DNA from: Dehalococcoidia bacterium
Lineage (GTDB): Bacteria; Chloroflexota; Dehalococcoidia; Lucifugimonadales; UBA1123
NCBI GenBank assembly: GCA_965248005.1
Contig: CBDFIE010000003.1
Coordinates: forward strand, 1,443,130 to 1,475,129
DNA length: 32,000 nt
Reading direction: 5' to 3'
Part shown: positions 1 to 10,133 of the stretch, piece by piece
Numbering within the stretch: the stretch's first letter is position 1
Layout of the letters: every line of letters begins with the position of its first letter
Translations under genes and position numbers: made by a program
The notes under the pieces: model-generated
The model's input: the letters and a program-made list of their open reading frames with translations, nothing else
What the model was told of the DNA's origin: nothing
The model's database searches: none

Positions 1-897
1 GCGACACTCCGTCGTGGCCTTGTTGCACCGGTGCAGAAACGGACACTGGTCGGGGGGGTCTAACATTATTGGTGGCGCGCCAGGCAAGGGCTGGAGCGCC
101 TGGTCCGATGAGTCCAACCGCGGGATAGCCTGAAACAGGCCCCATGTGTACGGATGCGTGGGTCGCCGGAAGAGCTGCTTCGTCTCGGCATACTCCACGA
201 TGAAGCCGCCGTACATCACCGCCACCGTATCGGCCATCTGAGCGATGATACCTAGATCATGCGTGATGAGCATGATCGACGTGCCGCTCTCCTGCCGCAG
301 CAGGCGCAGCCGATGCAGTATCTCGGCCTGCAGCGTAACGTCCAGGTTCGACGTCGGCTCGTCCGCGATCAGCAGCCGTGGCTTGAGAGCTACACCGATG
401 GCCATTAGAACCCGCTGGGCCATGCCGCCGCTCAGTTGAAAGGGGTAACGGTCCAGCACTTGGTCGGCGTCGGCAATGCCCATCTGGCCAAGCAATTCCA
501 GCGCGTAATTCCGGACCTGCCGCTTGCTCATATCCGTATGCTCCGTCATGATCTCACCGACCTGTTGGCCAATGGTGATGACGGGGTTGAGCGCCGCTCC
601 CGCGTCCTGGAACACAAGGGAGATCTCGCTACCGCGAATCCGTCGCATGCGATCGTCCCGGATGTCCACCAGGCTCTGACCGCCGAAGGTAATGTCGCCC
701 TTTACAATCCGGCCCGGAAAGGGCACCAGCCTCATGATCGAGAGCGCGGTCACGGTCTTGCCGGAGCCGCTCTCTCCCACCAGTCCCAGCACGTCGCCCT
801 CGTCCAAAGAGAGGGAGACCCCGTTCACCGCCTTGACAATCCCTTCCTTGGTGGAAAAGTAGGTGTGGAGGTCCTGTAGCTCAAGCAACGCGGGCAT
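1..897 (-). CDS. ABC transporter ATP-binding protein, oligopeptide/dipeptide (DppD/OppD) family; 3' end runs off the window
   Basis: Absent from the ORF track because there is no stop inside the window. Reverse translation from ATG 897..895 stays open for all 299 codons. It reads MPALLELQDLHTYFSTKEGIVKAVNGVSLSLDEGDVLGLVGESGSGKTV (Walker A), YPFQLSGGMAQRV (ABC signature), LLIADEPTSNLD (Walker B), ITHDLG (H-loop) and RPTHPYTWGLFQAIP (Dpp/Opp C-terminal motif). The + ORFs 245..439 and 436..879 are its antisense shadow. Confidence 0.88.
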   Translation of the reverse strand, partial: MPALLELQDLHTYFSTKEGIVKAVNGVSLSLDEGDVLGLVGESGSGKTVTALSIMRLVPFPGRIVKGDITFGGQSLVDIRDDRMRRIRGSEISLVFQDAGAALNPVITIGQQVGEIMTEHTDMSKRQVRNYALELLGQMGIADADQVLDRYPFQLSGGMAQRVLMAIGVALKPRLLIADEPTSNLDVTLQAEILHRLRLLRQESGTSIMLITHDLGIIAQMADTVAVMYGGFIVEYAETKQLFRRPTHPYTWGLFQAIPRLDSSDQALQPLPGAPPIMLDPPDQCPFLHRCNKATTECR

Positions 898-1014
898 CAG
901 ACTACCTGTCGGGTCCGTCGACTATCGGGATTGGATTATTATACGCCTGCAATGCGCTTGTCCGCCTCGACGCGCCGGGTCGCGGCTGACGCCCGACACC
1001 TGATAGCTGACGGC

Positions 1015-1740
1015 TCAATGAGCGGTCTTGCTCCCATCTAACACGAGAGGGCTAAACCGACCGGCCCTGAGCTCCTCGATCAGCTCGTCCAGGCTGGAGA
1101 CACGACGCTGGAACTCCGTTGCGAATGTGCCCAGATCTTCGAGCATGTGGGCGTCGCTGGCGCCCGTGCCGGGCAGGTCGAAGCGGCGAGCCACCTCGAA
1201 GGCGAAGGCGTTTTCCTCTTTGGAACCGCGCCCGTTGAAAACCTCTACCGCGTCCACCATGCCGAAAACCCGGTTCTTCGCAGCCAGGTCCAGCATCTCG
1301 TAGTAGGCGGCCGGGCCGGTGTCGGCGTGCTCACGGTAGGTCCGCCGGTACGGATGGGCCACGACGATGGCGCCGCGTTCTTTCTCGACCAGGTCCTTGA
1401 CGAATTCAGACCTGTGCATGCCGAAGATGTACTTGCGCAGCCCGTAGACCAGCAGATGGCCCTCTTCCGTCGTCACCTCGCATCCCGGCAGCACCAGAAA
1501 GTCGTGCCGCCTGGACAACTCGACCACTTCTCGGTGGTCCCAGAACCCGTCGTGGTCGGTTATGCATATCCCATCCAGTCCAATGCGTTTGGCCTCGCTT
1601 ATTAGCTCATCGGGGGTCAGCAGACTGTCGACCGAAGTAGGGTATGTGTGCGTGTGGATGTCGATTATCAATGGCGGCGCTTCAGCTTCTGCGGGCCGGA
1701 TGCGATCTAGTCTGGCACCCGCAATATCCAAAGTCAACAT
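1015..1740 (-). CDS. PHP-domain metal-dependent phosphoesterase
   Basis: 241-aa ORF with the PHP motif series IDIHTHTYPTS, GICITDHD, VVAHPYR and GASDAH. It is divergent from clpC. Confidence 0.8.
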   Translation of the reverse strand: MLTLDIAGARLDRIRPAEAEAPPLIIDIHTHTYPTSVDSLLTPDELISEAKRIGLDGICITDHDGFWDHREVVELSRRHDFLVLPGCEVTTEEGHLLVYGLRKYIFGMHRSEFVKDLVEKERGAIVVAHPYRRTYREHADTGPAAYYEMLDLAAKNRVFGMVDAVEVFNGRGSKEENAFAFEVARRFDLPGTGASDAHMLEDLGTFATEFQRRVSSLDELIEELRAGRFSPLVLDGSKTAH

Positions 1741-1755
1741 CGACCGAGGATTGAG

Positions 1756-1784
1756 TTGAAGCGTATCAAGGTCTTTGATACAAT
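1756..1784 (+). promoter_or_regulatory. Candidate sigma70-type promoter of clpC (TTGAAG-17 nt-TACAAT), overlapped by a 7-5-7 inverted repeat
   Basis: TTGAAG at 1756..1761, a 17-nt spacer, and TACAAT at 1779..1784. The inverted repeat GTATCAA-GGTCT-TTGATAC at 1763..1781 spans the spacer and the -10. It lies 68 nt upstream of the clpC ATG at 1852. Confidence 0.5.
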
Positions 1785-1851
1785 AACCTTAGCAAGCGCC
1801 CGATTCTCGCGTGATCGGGAGCCGCCGAGCACACCCGCGGGGGAGAGCCAA

Positions 1852-4296
1852 ATGGTGTTAAAACCGGATAACTTTACCGAACAGGCCCAGGACGCATTAG
1901 GCAGGTCCCAAGAGGCGGTTCGGCGCTACCGCCACAGCCAGTGGGACTCCGAGCATATCCTCACGGCGCTTTTGGAACAGGAGTTGAGCGTGCCGCTGGA
2001 TGTCCTGGAAGAGATGGGCGTGCAGGCGGACCCCATGCGAGCCAGGCTGCACGAGCTGCTAGATAGGGCCCCGAAGGTGGCCAGCCCGACGAACCAGATC
2101 TTCATGACGCCCGGGGCCGAGCGGGTGCTTAGCAGGGCGAAAGCCGAAGCGGACAGGCTGGGCGACGATTTTATCGGTACTGAGCACCTGCTGATCGCCC
2201 TGACCCAGGAGGACCAGGGGGAAGTGGCTACGGTGTTCCAGGAGTACGGTGTGACGACCGAGGGCGTGTACCAGGCGCTCCAGAAGGTCCGTGGGGGGCA
2301 TCGGGTAGACGATCCGCGAGCCGAGAGCCATTACCGGTCCCTGGAGAGGTTCAGCATAGACCTGACCGAACTGGCCCGCAACGGCAAGTTGGACCCGGTC
2401 CTGGGCCGGGAGGTCGAGATCGCCCGCGCCATGCAAACGCTGATCCGGCGCACCAAGAACAACCCTGTACTGATCGGCGGCGCCGGGGTAGGCAAGACCG
2501 CGGTGGCCGAGGGGCTCGCCCAGGCCATCGAGTCGGGCAACGTGCCCGAGGAGCTGGAAGGGCGGCGGGTGCTGTCCCTGGACATGGGCGCGCTGGTCGC
2601 CGGCTCCAAGTTTCGGGGCGAGTTCGAAGAGCGCCTGAAGGCGGTCATGGACGAGATCAAGCAGGCCCAGGGTGAGATAATCCTCTTCATCGACGAGATA
2701 CACACGGTTGTGGGCGCGGGCGCCGCTGAGGGCGCCATAGACGCCTCCAACATGATGAAACCCGCCCTGGCCCGAGGCGAGCTCCAGTGCGTGGGCGCCA
2801 CCACGGAGGCGGAGTACCGACGCTACATCGAAAAAGACGCGGCGCTGGAGCGCAGGTTTCAGCCGATCCTCGTAGAGGAGCCAGACGTCGAGACGGCCAT
2901 CGAGATGCTGAAAGGTCTCCGCCCAAAGTACGAGGCCCATCACAAGGTGCGGGTCGAAGACGGGGCCATCGAGGCCGCCGTCCGGCTCAGCCAACGCTAC
3001 ATCTCGGACCGCTTTCTGCCGGACAAGGCGATTGACCTGATCGACGAAGCCGCCAGCAAGCTGCGCATAGACGCCCAGTCGCTGCCCACCGACCTTCGTC
3101 AGCTTCAGGCCCGGCTGCACCAACTCGAGCACGAAGAGGAAGCCGCGTCCCAGCGGGCGGACTATGAGCAGGCGGCCGAGCTCCGCTCCCAACGACTTAG
3201 GCTCCAGGAGGAGTACGACCGGGGCAGGGCCGAAAGCCAGCCCGCGGAGGCCGCGGAGTCCGTTGACGCCGAGGCCATCGGCAGGCTGATCGCGACCTGG
3301 ACGGGCATACCGGCCGAGCGGCTGCTTGAGGGCGAAGCCGAGAAGCTGCTTCACATGGAGGAGCGGCTGCACGAGCGCGTCATCGGCCAGCACAAAGCCG
3401 TGACGGCCATATCAGACGCCATCCGGCGGGCAAGGGCCGGGCTAAAGGACCCCGAACGGCCGATCGGCAGCTTCATCTTCCTCGGACCAACGGGCGTGGG
3501 CAAGACTGAGCTGGCCCGCGCGCTTGCCGAGTACCTCTTCGACGACCAGCAGAACATGGTCCGGGTCGACATGTCCGAGTACATGGAGAAGCACGCCGTC
3601 TCCCGACTCATCGGTGCTCCACCGGGCTACGTGGGCTACGACGAGGGCGGCCAGCTCACCGAGGCCGTGCGTCGAAGGCCCTTCCGAGTGGTGCTTTTCG
3701 ACGAGATCGAGAAGGCGCATCCGGACGTGTTCAACGTGCTGCTTCAGATCCTGGAAGACGGCCGGCTGACCGACGGCCACGGCAGGACGGTGGATTTCCG
3801 CAACACGCTCGTCATCATGACCTCCAACCTGGGCAACAGCGACGCCGCGCGGGAGCAGGTGGGCTTCCTCAGGGACACGGACGAACGAGACGAATCGCAC
3901 AGGGTGAGGGCCTCAATCGAGGATGCGTTGAAGCGCTCGTTCCGACCGGAGTTCCTGAACCGTATCGACGACATAATCGTCTTCGACACGCTGACCAAAG
4001 AGCAGATTCACCAGATTGTGGACCTGATAGTTGTAGAGGTGCAGGCACGTCTCATCGACCACGGCGTAGCCATCGAGCTGACCGAGGCCGCCAAGGACTG
4101 GCTGGCAGGCGAGGGCTACGACAAGGTTTTTGGCGCAAGACCCCTTCGGAGGGCGGTCCAGCGGCATCTGGAGAACCCGCTCTCGAAGCTCATTCTGGCG
4201 AGTCGGTTCGTCGAGGGCGCCACCGTTAACGTCGACGCGGACGACACCGGCCTGAGTTTCACCCAGGGAGATGACGCCGAGCGGCAAGTCTCCTAA
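1852..4296 (+). CDS. clpC: Clp/Hsp100 AAA+ unfoldase, ClpC-type (ATP-dependent Clp protease ATP-binding subunit)
   Basis: Two AAA+ modules: Walker [10 protein letters not shown] and GPTGVGKTE, Walker B ILFIDEIH and [10 protein letters not shown]. There is a duplicated Clp_N region and a short (~65 aa) middle domain with a UVR-like [20 protein letters not shown] ClpP-docking VGF tripeptide sits in EQVGFLRD. I place the start at ATG 1852 (GGGGGAG upstream); the track's TTG at 1756 coincides with the -35 box. Confidence 0.9.
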   Translation: MVLKPDNFTEQAQDALGRSQEAVRRYRHSQWDSEHILTALLEQELSVPLDVLEEMGVQADPMRARLHELLDRAPKVASPTNQIFMTPGAERVLSRAKAEADRLGDDFIGTEHLLIALTQEDQGEVATVFQEYGVTTEGVYQALQKVRGGHRVDDPRAESHYRSLERFSIDLTELARNGKLDPVLGREVEIARAMQTLIRRTKNNPVLIGGAGVGKTAVAEGLAQAIESGNVPEELEGRRVLSLDMGALVAGSKFRGEFEERLKAVMDEIKQAQGEIILFIDEIHTVVGAGAAEGAIDASNMMKPALARGELQCVGATTEAEYRRYIEKDAALERRFQPILVEEPDVETAIEMLKGLRPKYEAHHKVRVEDGAIEAAVRLSQRYISDRFLPDKAIDLIDEAASKLRIDAQSLPTDLRQLQARLHQLEHEEEAASQRADYEQAAELRSQRLRLQEEYDRGRAESQPAEAAESVDAEAIGRLIATWTGIPAERLLEGEAEKLLHMEERLHERVIGQHKAVTAISDAIRRARAGLKDPERPIGSFIFLGPTGVGKTELARALAEYLFDDQQNMVRVDMSEYMEKHAVSRLIGAPPGYVGYDEGGQLTEAVRRRPFRVVLFDEIEKAHPDVFNVLLQILEDGRLTDGHGRTVDFRNTLVIMTSNLGNSDAAREQVGFLRDTDERDESHRVRASIEDALKRSFRPEFLNRIDDIIVFDTLTKEQIHQIVDLIVVEVQARLIDHGVAIELTEAAKDWLAGEGYDKVFGARPLRRAVQRHLENPLSKLILASRFVEGATVNVDADDTGLSFTQGDDAERQVS

Positions 4297-4348
4297 CAGC
4301 GGCGCGAGCCTTCCAGTCGCTCCCGCTCTCGGGTATACTCGCCGCGAG

Positions 4349-5182
4349 ATGATTACGTTGACCGGCGAGTCTCTTTACGCGACCGTCGAAGGCATCCGGA
4401 CACACTACGTCCAGGCCGGCCAGGGTAGGCCGGTGGTGCTCATCCATGGGCTCGGCGCGTCGGTGGCAACGTGGCGTGATAACCTGGCCCCCCTTGCTCA
4501 AACCCGCTCCGTGTACGCCGTGGACCTGCCCGGCCACGGCGATTCGGACAAGCCCGACATATCCTACGATTCCGACTCGATGGTCGAGTTCGTTCGAGCC
4601 TTTGTCGGCGAATTGGGCCTCGAATCGCCTGCGCTGGTCGGCCACTCCCTGGGCGGTGGCCTGGCGCTAATCACGGCGCTGGCGCACCCGGAGATGGTGT
4701 CGCACCTGGTCCTCGTCAGCAGCGGGTCGCTGGGCAGACAGGTCACGCCCTTTCTCAGGCTGGTCGCCCTGCCGTGGGTCGGCGAATTTATTACCAGCGG
4801 GAGGTTCGACACCACCGGACTCATGCTGCGCCAGTCCTTCCACGACCAGAGCCTGGTGACACAGGAGCTGGTGGACGAGCTTCGCCGGACCGGCGCCATG
4901 CCGGGCGCCAGGGAAGCGGGACTGAAAGTTATCAGGAACTCTATCTCGCCGTGGGGCGTCAGACGCGGTTACGTCAGGACACGGGAGCTTAACACGCTGC
5001 GGATGCCGCTGATGATCGTGTGGGGCGACAAGGACCGGATTCTGCCGCCAGCGCACGGCATCAACGCCGCCAGGGCCAGCGACGCGGCCAGTTTGCACGT
5101 GCTGGCCGACTGTGGCCATTGGCCTCATATGGAGAGGTCGGCGGAGTTCAACGACCTGGCGCTGGAGTTTTTGTCGCGCTGA
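4349..5182 (+). CDS. Alpha/beta-fold hydrolase (resembles the C-C bond / meta-cleavage-product hydrolase subgroup)
   Basis: HGLGAS oxyanion motif, nucleophile elbow GHSLGG, and catalytic His in CGHWPHMERSAEF. The start is ambiguous: ATG 4349 (MITLTGESLYATVEGIRTHY) is preferred over ATG 4271, which overlaps the clpC end by 26 nt. Confidence 0.85.
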   Translation: MITLTGESLYATVEGIRTHYVQAGQGRPVVLIHGLGASVATWRDNLAPLAQTRSVYAVDLPGHGDSDKPDISYDSDSMVEFVRAFVGELGLESPALVGHSLGGGLALITALAHPEMVSHLVLVSSGSLGRQVTPFLRLVALPWVGEFITSGRFDTTGLMLRQSFHDQSLVTQELVDELRRTGAMPGAREAGLKVIRNSISPWGVRRGYVRTRELNTLRMPLMIVWGDKDRILPPAHGINAARASDAASLHVLADCGHWPHMERSAEFNDLALEFLSR

Positions 5183-5431
5183 CGTATAATTCCCCCTGAC
5201 AGTTCTGAACCCCGGTCACAGTCGAGGCGCGCGGTGGTCAGGTCTCTGGCAGCTTTGCCGGACCGCTTGCCTCGGCCAGGCGTCATCCCGCTGCTGAACC
5301 GGTCCGGCCTCCGGCTCACCGAGGCACGGCCATCGCGTTAAGGTCCTCCGGCGGATGTCGAGACCACATCCGGTACGTTGTCTGCGGACCTGCTGAGTCG
5401 CGCCCCCGGGATTCGGCTGTAACGGCGGAGG

Positions 5432-6040
5432 GTGCCCCAGGTGCCAGACCAGGCTGCTGCAGACCCGGGACTGATGACCCGCATCATCGTCAGGAGCAAC
5501 CGCTGGCTTCCAGTGGCGGCCCTCATCGTCGCCATTTTGCTGGCCATCCTGGTATGGGCGCTCCGAGATTACATCTCCGCGGCGAAACTCGCGGGCTACC
5601 CCGGCGTCTTCCTCCTCAATTTCTTCGGCGCCGTCTCCATGGTTTTACCGGTGCCGGGGCTGATCTCGGTCTGCGGGGTGAGCGTTTTCCTGAACCCTTG
5701 GGTGGTGGGTACGCTCGCCGGAGTGGGAGAGGCGCTGGGAGAGTGGTCCGGATACGTGGTGGGCTACGCCGGTGACACAATCTTCGAGCGATCTAGCGTC
5801 TACCGCAAATTGCGGCCGCAGGTCGGCAAGTGGATGGAAAAGCGCGGTTCTCTGGTCCTGCTAATTTTCTCGGCTATACCCAACCCGATCTTCGACCTGG
5901 TGGGGATTGCGGCTGGCACCGCGCACTTCCCATTCGTCCGGTTCATGGTGATAATTTCCGTCGGAAAGATCATCAAGGGCCTGGCGGTGGCGATCGCGTG
6001 CGACGAGTACGGCATCTCGCTGCTGCCCTGGGTGGGATAA
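5432..6040 (+). CDS. VTT-domain (DedA/YqaA-like) integral membrane protein
   Basis: Multi-pass hydrophobic ORF with a YqaA-like core (FLLNFFGAVSMVLPVPG ... GEALGEWSGYVVGYAG ... SAIPNPIFDLVGIAAG). The start is uncertain: GTG 5432 or ATG 5474. Confidence 0.65.
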   Translation: MPQVPDQAAADPGLMTRIIVRSNRWLPVAALIVAILLAILVWALRDYISAAKLAGYPGVFLLNFFGAVSMVLPVPGLISVCGVSVFLNPWVVGTLAGVGEALGEWSGYVVGYAGDTIFERSSVYRKLRPQVGKWMEKRGSLVLLIFSAIPNPIFDLVGIAAGTAHFPFVRFMVIISVGKIIKGLAVAIACDEYGISLLPWVG

Positions 6041-6098
6041 CCGGCTAGGCCTCAATTACCTGCCCGGCATCGAGGGACGGCGCATAGTTTCGGAACGC

Positions 6099-7130
6099 TC
6101 AAACGAAGCTCAGTATCCGCGCCGGATTATCGACGACGATGGCCTGGACCTGGTCCTCGGACAATCCCCGCTCCCGCATGCGCGGGACGATGTTTTCCAA
6201 AATGTGGCCGTAGCCGTGTCCACCGTACTTCGCCAGGCGGTGCTTGGTGCAGATGTCGTGGGCTATCACGATACGTGGCCCGCACCCTTCCTCGTCGATC
6301 ATTCGCTTGATTAGGTCCATACGCTGGGCGTCGCTGGGCATATCGATATCTGAGAGGGGATAGTGGGAGGACTCGTTGCCGAAGAGGTCCCACTCCAGGT
6401 AGCAGCCGGCGCCAGCCAACGCCCGTAGGGTATCGAAACTGGCGATGGTCCGGTCCAGGTGTCCCATTATCACGCGGCTGACGTCCGCGCCCGCCTCGGA
6501 CAGCACCGCGATGATCTCCGCCGGAGCAGCCTCGTTACGACCGGGGTGGACCAGGATGGGCGCACCCGTCTCCTGTTGAGCCATCGCAGACGCTCGCAAC
6601 ACCTTGCGCTCGCTATCAGCCAGGGGCCAGGTGCAGCCGATCTCGCCAATGACGCCCGCCCGGACGCCGGTGTCATCAACGCCAAGCTGGATATCCGCAA
6701 CGATACGGCGCGCCAGCTCCTCTTCGCTGCTAGCGGCTACCTCGGCCGGGTGAGCGGCGTCGACGTAGTACCCTGCGCCCATAATCACGTTGATGCCCAC
6801 TGCCCGCGCCACTCGCGCCAGCGCCAGTGGGTCGCGGCCGATGCCGATGCTGGTGGCATCGACTATCGTCCCGCCCCCAACCCCCATGAAGCGTCGCGCC
6901 TCCTGGATGGCTATATCTTCATCTTGCAGCGTCAAGTTATCCATGCTGCGGTACTGGTTGTATCTCACCCAGCCCAGGTTCTCCATGGCCAGGCGCTGCA
7001 TGGCCAGGCGCCGGGAGGCGGGATCGGCGGGCTGGTTGAACATCAGGCGAAAGTCGATGAACAGGTGCTCGTGAGTCATGGTGGGACCCAGTCTCCCGGG
7101 TTCGACGGGCCCCAGGACGGTCTGGGCCAT
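6099..7130 (-). CDS. Phosphotriesterase-family (PTE/Php, amidohydrolase-fold) hydrolase
   Basis: The N-terminal metal motif GPTMTHEHLFIDF, followed by VHPG, MGHLDR and IAHDICTKH..GGHGYGHI, is typical of phosphotriesterase-related proteins. I prefer start ATG 7130 (MAQTVLGPVEPGRLG); the track's 7226 start adds 32 non-conserved residues. Confidence 0.85.
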   Translation of the reverse strand: MAQTVLGPVEPGRLGPTMTHEHLFIDFRLMFNQPADPASRRLAMQRLAMENLGWVRYNQYRSMDNLTLQDEDIAIQEARRFMGVGGGTIVDATSIGIGRDPLALARVARAVGINVIMGAGYYVDAAHPAEVAASSEEELARRIVADIQLGVDDTGVRAGVIGEIGCTWPLADSERKVLRASAMAQQETGAPILVHPGRNEAAPAEIIAVLSEAGADVSRVIMGHLDRTIASFDTLRALAGAGCYLEWDLFGNESSHYPLSDIDMPSDAQRMDLIKRMIDEEGCGPRIVIAHDICTKHRLAKYGGHGYGHILENIVPRMRERGLSEDQVQAIVVDNPARILSFV

Positions 7131-7304
7131 GCCCTTTGATGGGCCAATGGTCACAGCGGTACACCTCAATACGTTCAAACTTCGGACGCCCGCGGGATGC
7201 AGACTAACGGTCGTGCGAGCACGCACGCTGCCGTATACGATTCGGGGAGTTCGAGGCTATCACCGGCCCCGGATAGGGTCAACGTCGGTCGTCCGGAGCG
7301 GGCT

Positions 7305-8582
7305 TTAGCGCAGTCTTCGCAGGGTGGGGTACGCCACCGCAAGGACCAGCGTGACCAGCGTCAGCAGCGCACCGCTCACGAACAGCGCGTCCGGGGTGCT
7401 GCCCCTCGCCTCGGCGAGGACCCCAAAGGGCAGTGCGCTGAGCGGCATTAACCCGAAGCTCATCATGCCCATGGCCATCATCCGGCCCCGCATTTCTGGA
7501 GGGGCCAGGACCTGCATCATCGTCATGTTCACCGACATGAACACCGCACTCACCATGCCGATCAGCAGTAGATAAGGGACAGCAACGGCGTACTCGGTTA
7601 CCTGGGAGAAGGCAGCTAGCGAGGCCCCCCAGACCAGGCACGACGCCACCATCACAAGCCCTCGACGGGGTACGTTCTTGACGCTTGCCAGCCCCAACGT
7701 CCCGACCAGCGCTCCTACGCCCATTATCGTCATTAGTATGCCCAGTCCGTCGGACTGGATGTCGAGGGCTTCGCGTGCCCAGGCCGGCATCAGCGTGAAG
7801 TAGGAGAACCCGAACAGTGTCGACAACAGCATCAGGACGATCACGCCCAACATCGCCCGGTCGGAGGCCGCATAGGCGAACCCCGCCCTGATATCTCCCG
7901 CCACGCCTTTGCGAGAGGACCCAGCGGGAGTCGATCCTGCCTTCACCATAGCAATCGACGCGGCCGCGAACACGTATATCCCCGCCACCAGGAAGAACAC
8001 GCCGGAGGTCCCGATGAACACGATCAAGAACCCGGCCAGGGCCGGGCCGATAATGCGCGTCATGTTCATTGCCGAGTTGTTGAGCGAGATGGCGTTCATC
8101 AGGCTATCCTCTGGCACTATATCGGAGAGGATCGCCTGGCGGCTGGGCATGTATATGGCCATCATCGCGCCGTTAGCGAAACCGATCGCGAGCATATGCC
8201 AGAAAGTGACGACCCCCGTGAAGTCCAGCACGCCCAGCAGAAAAGTCAGGGCCGCGTTGCCTGACTGGCCCACGACTATAAGATGCTTCTTGGGAATGCG
8301 GTCTGCCAGCGCACCGCCGATGATCGAGAATAATGTCGAAGGCGCCGCAAAGGACATCATCACCAGCGCCAACGCCAGTGGAGAGTCATCGGCCAGGCGC
8401 AGCACCAGCCACCCCCGCGTGATCATCTGCATCATCATCGCCGTGAAGGAGACGAATGACCCCGCCCATAACCATCGGAAGTCTCGGTACCGAAGCGACT
8501 CGAACATGGCGTACCGGGCCGGGGAAAACCTGGAGGGTGTAGTCGGAGCAGGGGCTGATGTGGCCGGGGCGGGTTGGGCCAA
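7305..8582 (-). CDS. MFS transporter (MFS_3 / EntS-like subgroup)
   Basis: 425-aa polytopic ORF of about 12 hydrophobic segments. The N-terminal LRYRDFRWLWAGSFVSF signature is shared with the second MFS at 13289..14521. Confidence 0.85.
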   Translation of the reverse strand: MAQPAPATSAPAPTTPSRFSPARYAMFESLRYRDFRWLWAGSFVSFTAMMMQMITRGWLVLRLADDSPLALALVMMSFAAPSTLFSIIGGALADRIPKKHLIVVGQSGNAALTFLLGVLDFTGVVTFWHMLAIGFANGAMMAIYMPSRQAILSDIVPEDSLMNAISLNNSAMNMTRIIGPALAGFLIVFIGTSGVFFLVAGIYVFAAASIAMVKAGSTPAGSSRKGVAGDIRAGFAYAASDRAMLGVIVLMLLSTLFGFSYFTLMPAWAREALDIQSDGLGILMTIMGVGALVGTLGLASVKNVPRRGLVMVASCLVWGASLAAFSQVTEYAVAVPYLLLIGMVSAVFMSVNMTMMQVLAPPEMRGRMMAMGMMSFGLMPLSALPFGVLAEARGSTPDALFVSGALLTLVTLVLAVAYPTLRRLR

Positions 8583-8802
8583 CGGTGCTCCAGTGTGAAC
8601 CTAAATTGCAGAAACAGTCTGCGGAGGTACAGACACTAAGCCTACATCCGCCCGAGGCGGTGGTCAAGGACTCTCAGGGCGACTAAATCGGACTCCAGGA
8701 GCGGCGGCCCGACACGCCAAACCGATCGTAATGGCCACGGTCCCAAGAGATTTCGATAGACGCTGGGCGATAGGCGATATCGGCGGGCACAGGCGCCGAT
8801 CC

Positions 8803-9447
8803 CTAGCCCAGGTGCGATACGTCGTTGAATCGGTGTATGCGCCATAAGTCGGGATTCGTAAGCGCGAGGCCGGTCTGGTGCCAGCGGTCCACGTCCAGCC
8901 TGAATTCGAACACCGCCGTGTTTCCCACCGACAAGCCCCAGAACCGCTCCGAGTCCATCAGGACCGCGAAGATATGCTGGAATATACCGCCGTGAGTCAC
9001 GGCCAGCACCCTGTCCTCGTTGGAGTGGTCGGCGATCAGCTTTTGGACCACTCCGCGAGCCCGTTCACGGCGCTCTCCCGATGTCTCGGCGCCCGGGACC
9101 AGGTCCCAGTCCCGGGTCTGGCTGAACTCACGGGCGATCTTCGGGAACTCCTGCTCGATGTCTGCCCATGCCATACCGGAGAACGCTCCCACGTCGGTCT
9201 CCATCAGGTCGTCCCACGGAACTATCGCGCGGTCCCACGCTGCCGACACTATGCGGGCCGTCTCGTAGGTCCGGCTCAAAGGACTGGCGTAGACGTGTGT
9301 CGGCTCGAAGCCCTCGGAGACGAACCGCTCTCGGAGCCTCGCGGCCTGCTGGCGTCCCAGGTCGGTTAGCTCGGAGTCATCGTGCCCCTGCCAGCGGCCT
9401 TGAGCGTTGCCCAGGCTTTCCGCGTGCCTTACGAATACCAGGTCCAT
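8803..9447 (-). CDS. Histidine phosphatase family protein (phosphoglycerate-mutase-like)
   Basis: VFVRHAESLGNAQGRWQG (RHG-type catalytic motif) and a distal LAVTHGG His. Start ATG 9447 is preceded by GGAGGA at 5 nt; the track's 9558 start adds 37 unsupported residues. Confidence 0.85.
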   Translation of the reverse strand: MDLVFVRHAESLGNAQGRWQGHDDSELTDLGRQQAARLRERFVSEGFEPTHVYASPLSRTYETARIVSAAWDRAIVPWDDLMETDVGAFSGMAWADIEQEFPKIAREFSQTRDWDLVPGAETSGERRERARGVVQKLIADHSNEDRVLAVTHGGIFQHIFAVLMDSERFWGLSVGNTAVFEFRLDVDRWHQTGLALTNPDLWRIHRFNDVSHLG

Positions 9448-9707
9448 GCTTTCCTCCGCGGAGAATATACCACGGCGGATGACCGGACAGCGCCCGCGAA
9501 GCAGGGAGCCTGGTGCCGGGCTGGGATTCCAATGAGGCGTATTCACCGGAGTGTTCATGATTGAAACCCTATCCCATGCAGAAGCGAGCGAGGATTGACA
9601 AGCACCAAAGACCGGCAGTAAGCTCCGACCACCTTATTCTCACCTTGATATCGGCATGGGGCGGCCGAGATGGGAAATCCCGGTTAGGTCCACGAGAGAC
9701 TTCGCCG

Positions 9708-10133
9708 GTGGCACTACTGAGCACATTGACCGACCGCCTTCGCAGGGCAAATCCGCTCGTCGTCAATACGCTGATCGCCATCGCCGTCGCGAGCCTAGCA
9801 GTTGTCGAGATGCAGGGCGCGGCACAGAGCGAAGAGGGGTTTCGCGATAGCGACGGTCTCGGCGCGCTGCTGGTTCTGGCGCAGACGCTGCCCCTTGCGC
9901 TCCGGGGCGTGGCTCCGCTCGGCTCGCTGGCTATCATCGTCGCTGCCATCGGGTTGCACGCGGCCCTCGGGTACGACCAGATCCAGACCGGGCTGTTCGC
10001 CTCTCTTTTTGGCGTAGGCAGTGCTGCGTACCTGACGGACAACCGACGGGCGCCGGTCGCTTTGCTCCTCGCTGCCGTGGGAATCGGAGTTTTCTACACG
10101 ACAGCCCGTGTGCCCTTAGACCGATGCGGTTGA
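9708..10133 (+). pseudogene. Sensor histidine kinase remnant (N-terminal membrane region only)
   Basis: From GTG 9708 the sequence reads VALLSTLTDRLRRANPLVVNTLIAIAVASLAVVE..LAQTLPLALRGVAP..AAYLTDNRRAP. This resembles the membrane sensor part of NarL-partner (DesK/LiaS-like) kinases. The frame stops at 10131 before any H-box or HATPase_c domain. Confidence 0.55.

Noticed and set aside
1789-1815. CIRCE-like sequence (TTAGCAAGC-N9-TCGCGTGAT) upstream of clpC
   Set aside because: The left half matches 7 of 9 positions, but the right half matches only about 3 of 9 positions of GAGTGCTAA. It is not a credible HrcA site.
2059-3393. 444-aa minus ORF, plus several 80-160-aa ORFs inside 1756..4296
   Set aside because: All are antisense or alternative frames of clpC, whose two AAA+ modules are unambiguous on the + strand.
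5183-5431. ~240-nt possible leader upstream of the VTT/YqaA membrane-protein gene, starting at a TATAAT (5185..5190) and containing a 9-bp perfect stem (5257..5265 with 5300..5308) and a GGATGT/ACATCC hairpin
   Set aside because: There is no match to the Mn2+ (yybP-ykoY) consensus or any other riboswitch consensus I can recall. No suitably spaced -35 precedes the TATAAT. Isolated G+C-rich stems are expected by chance in this composition.
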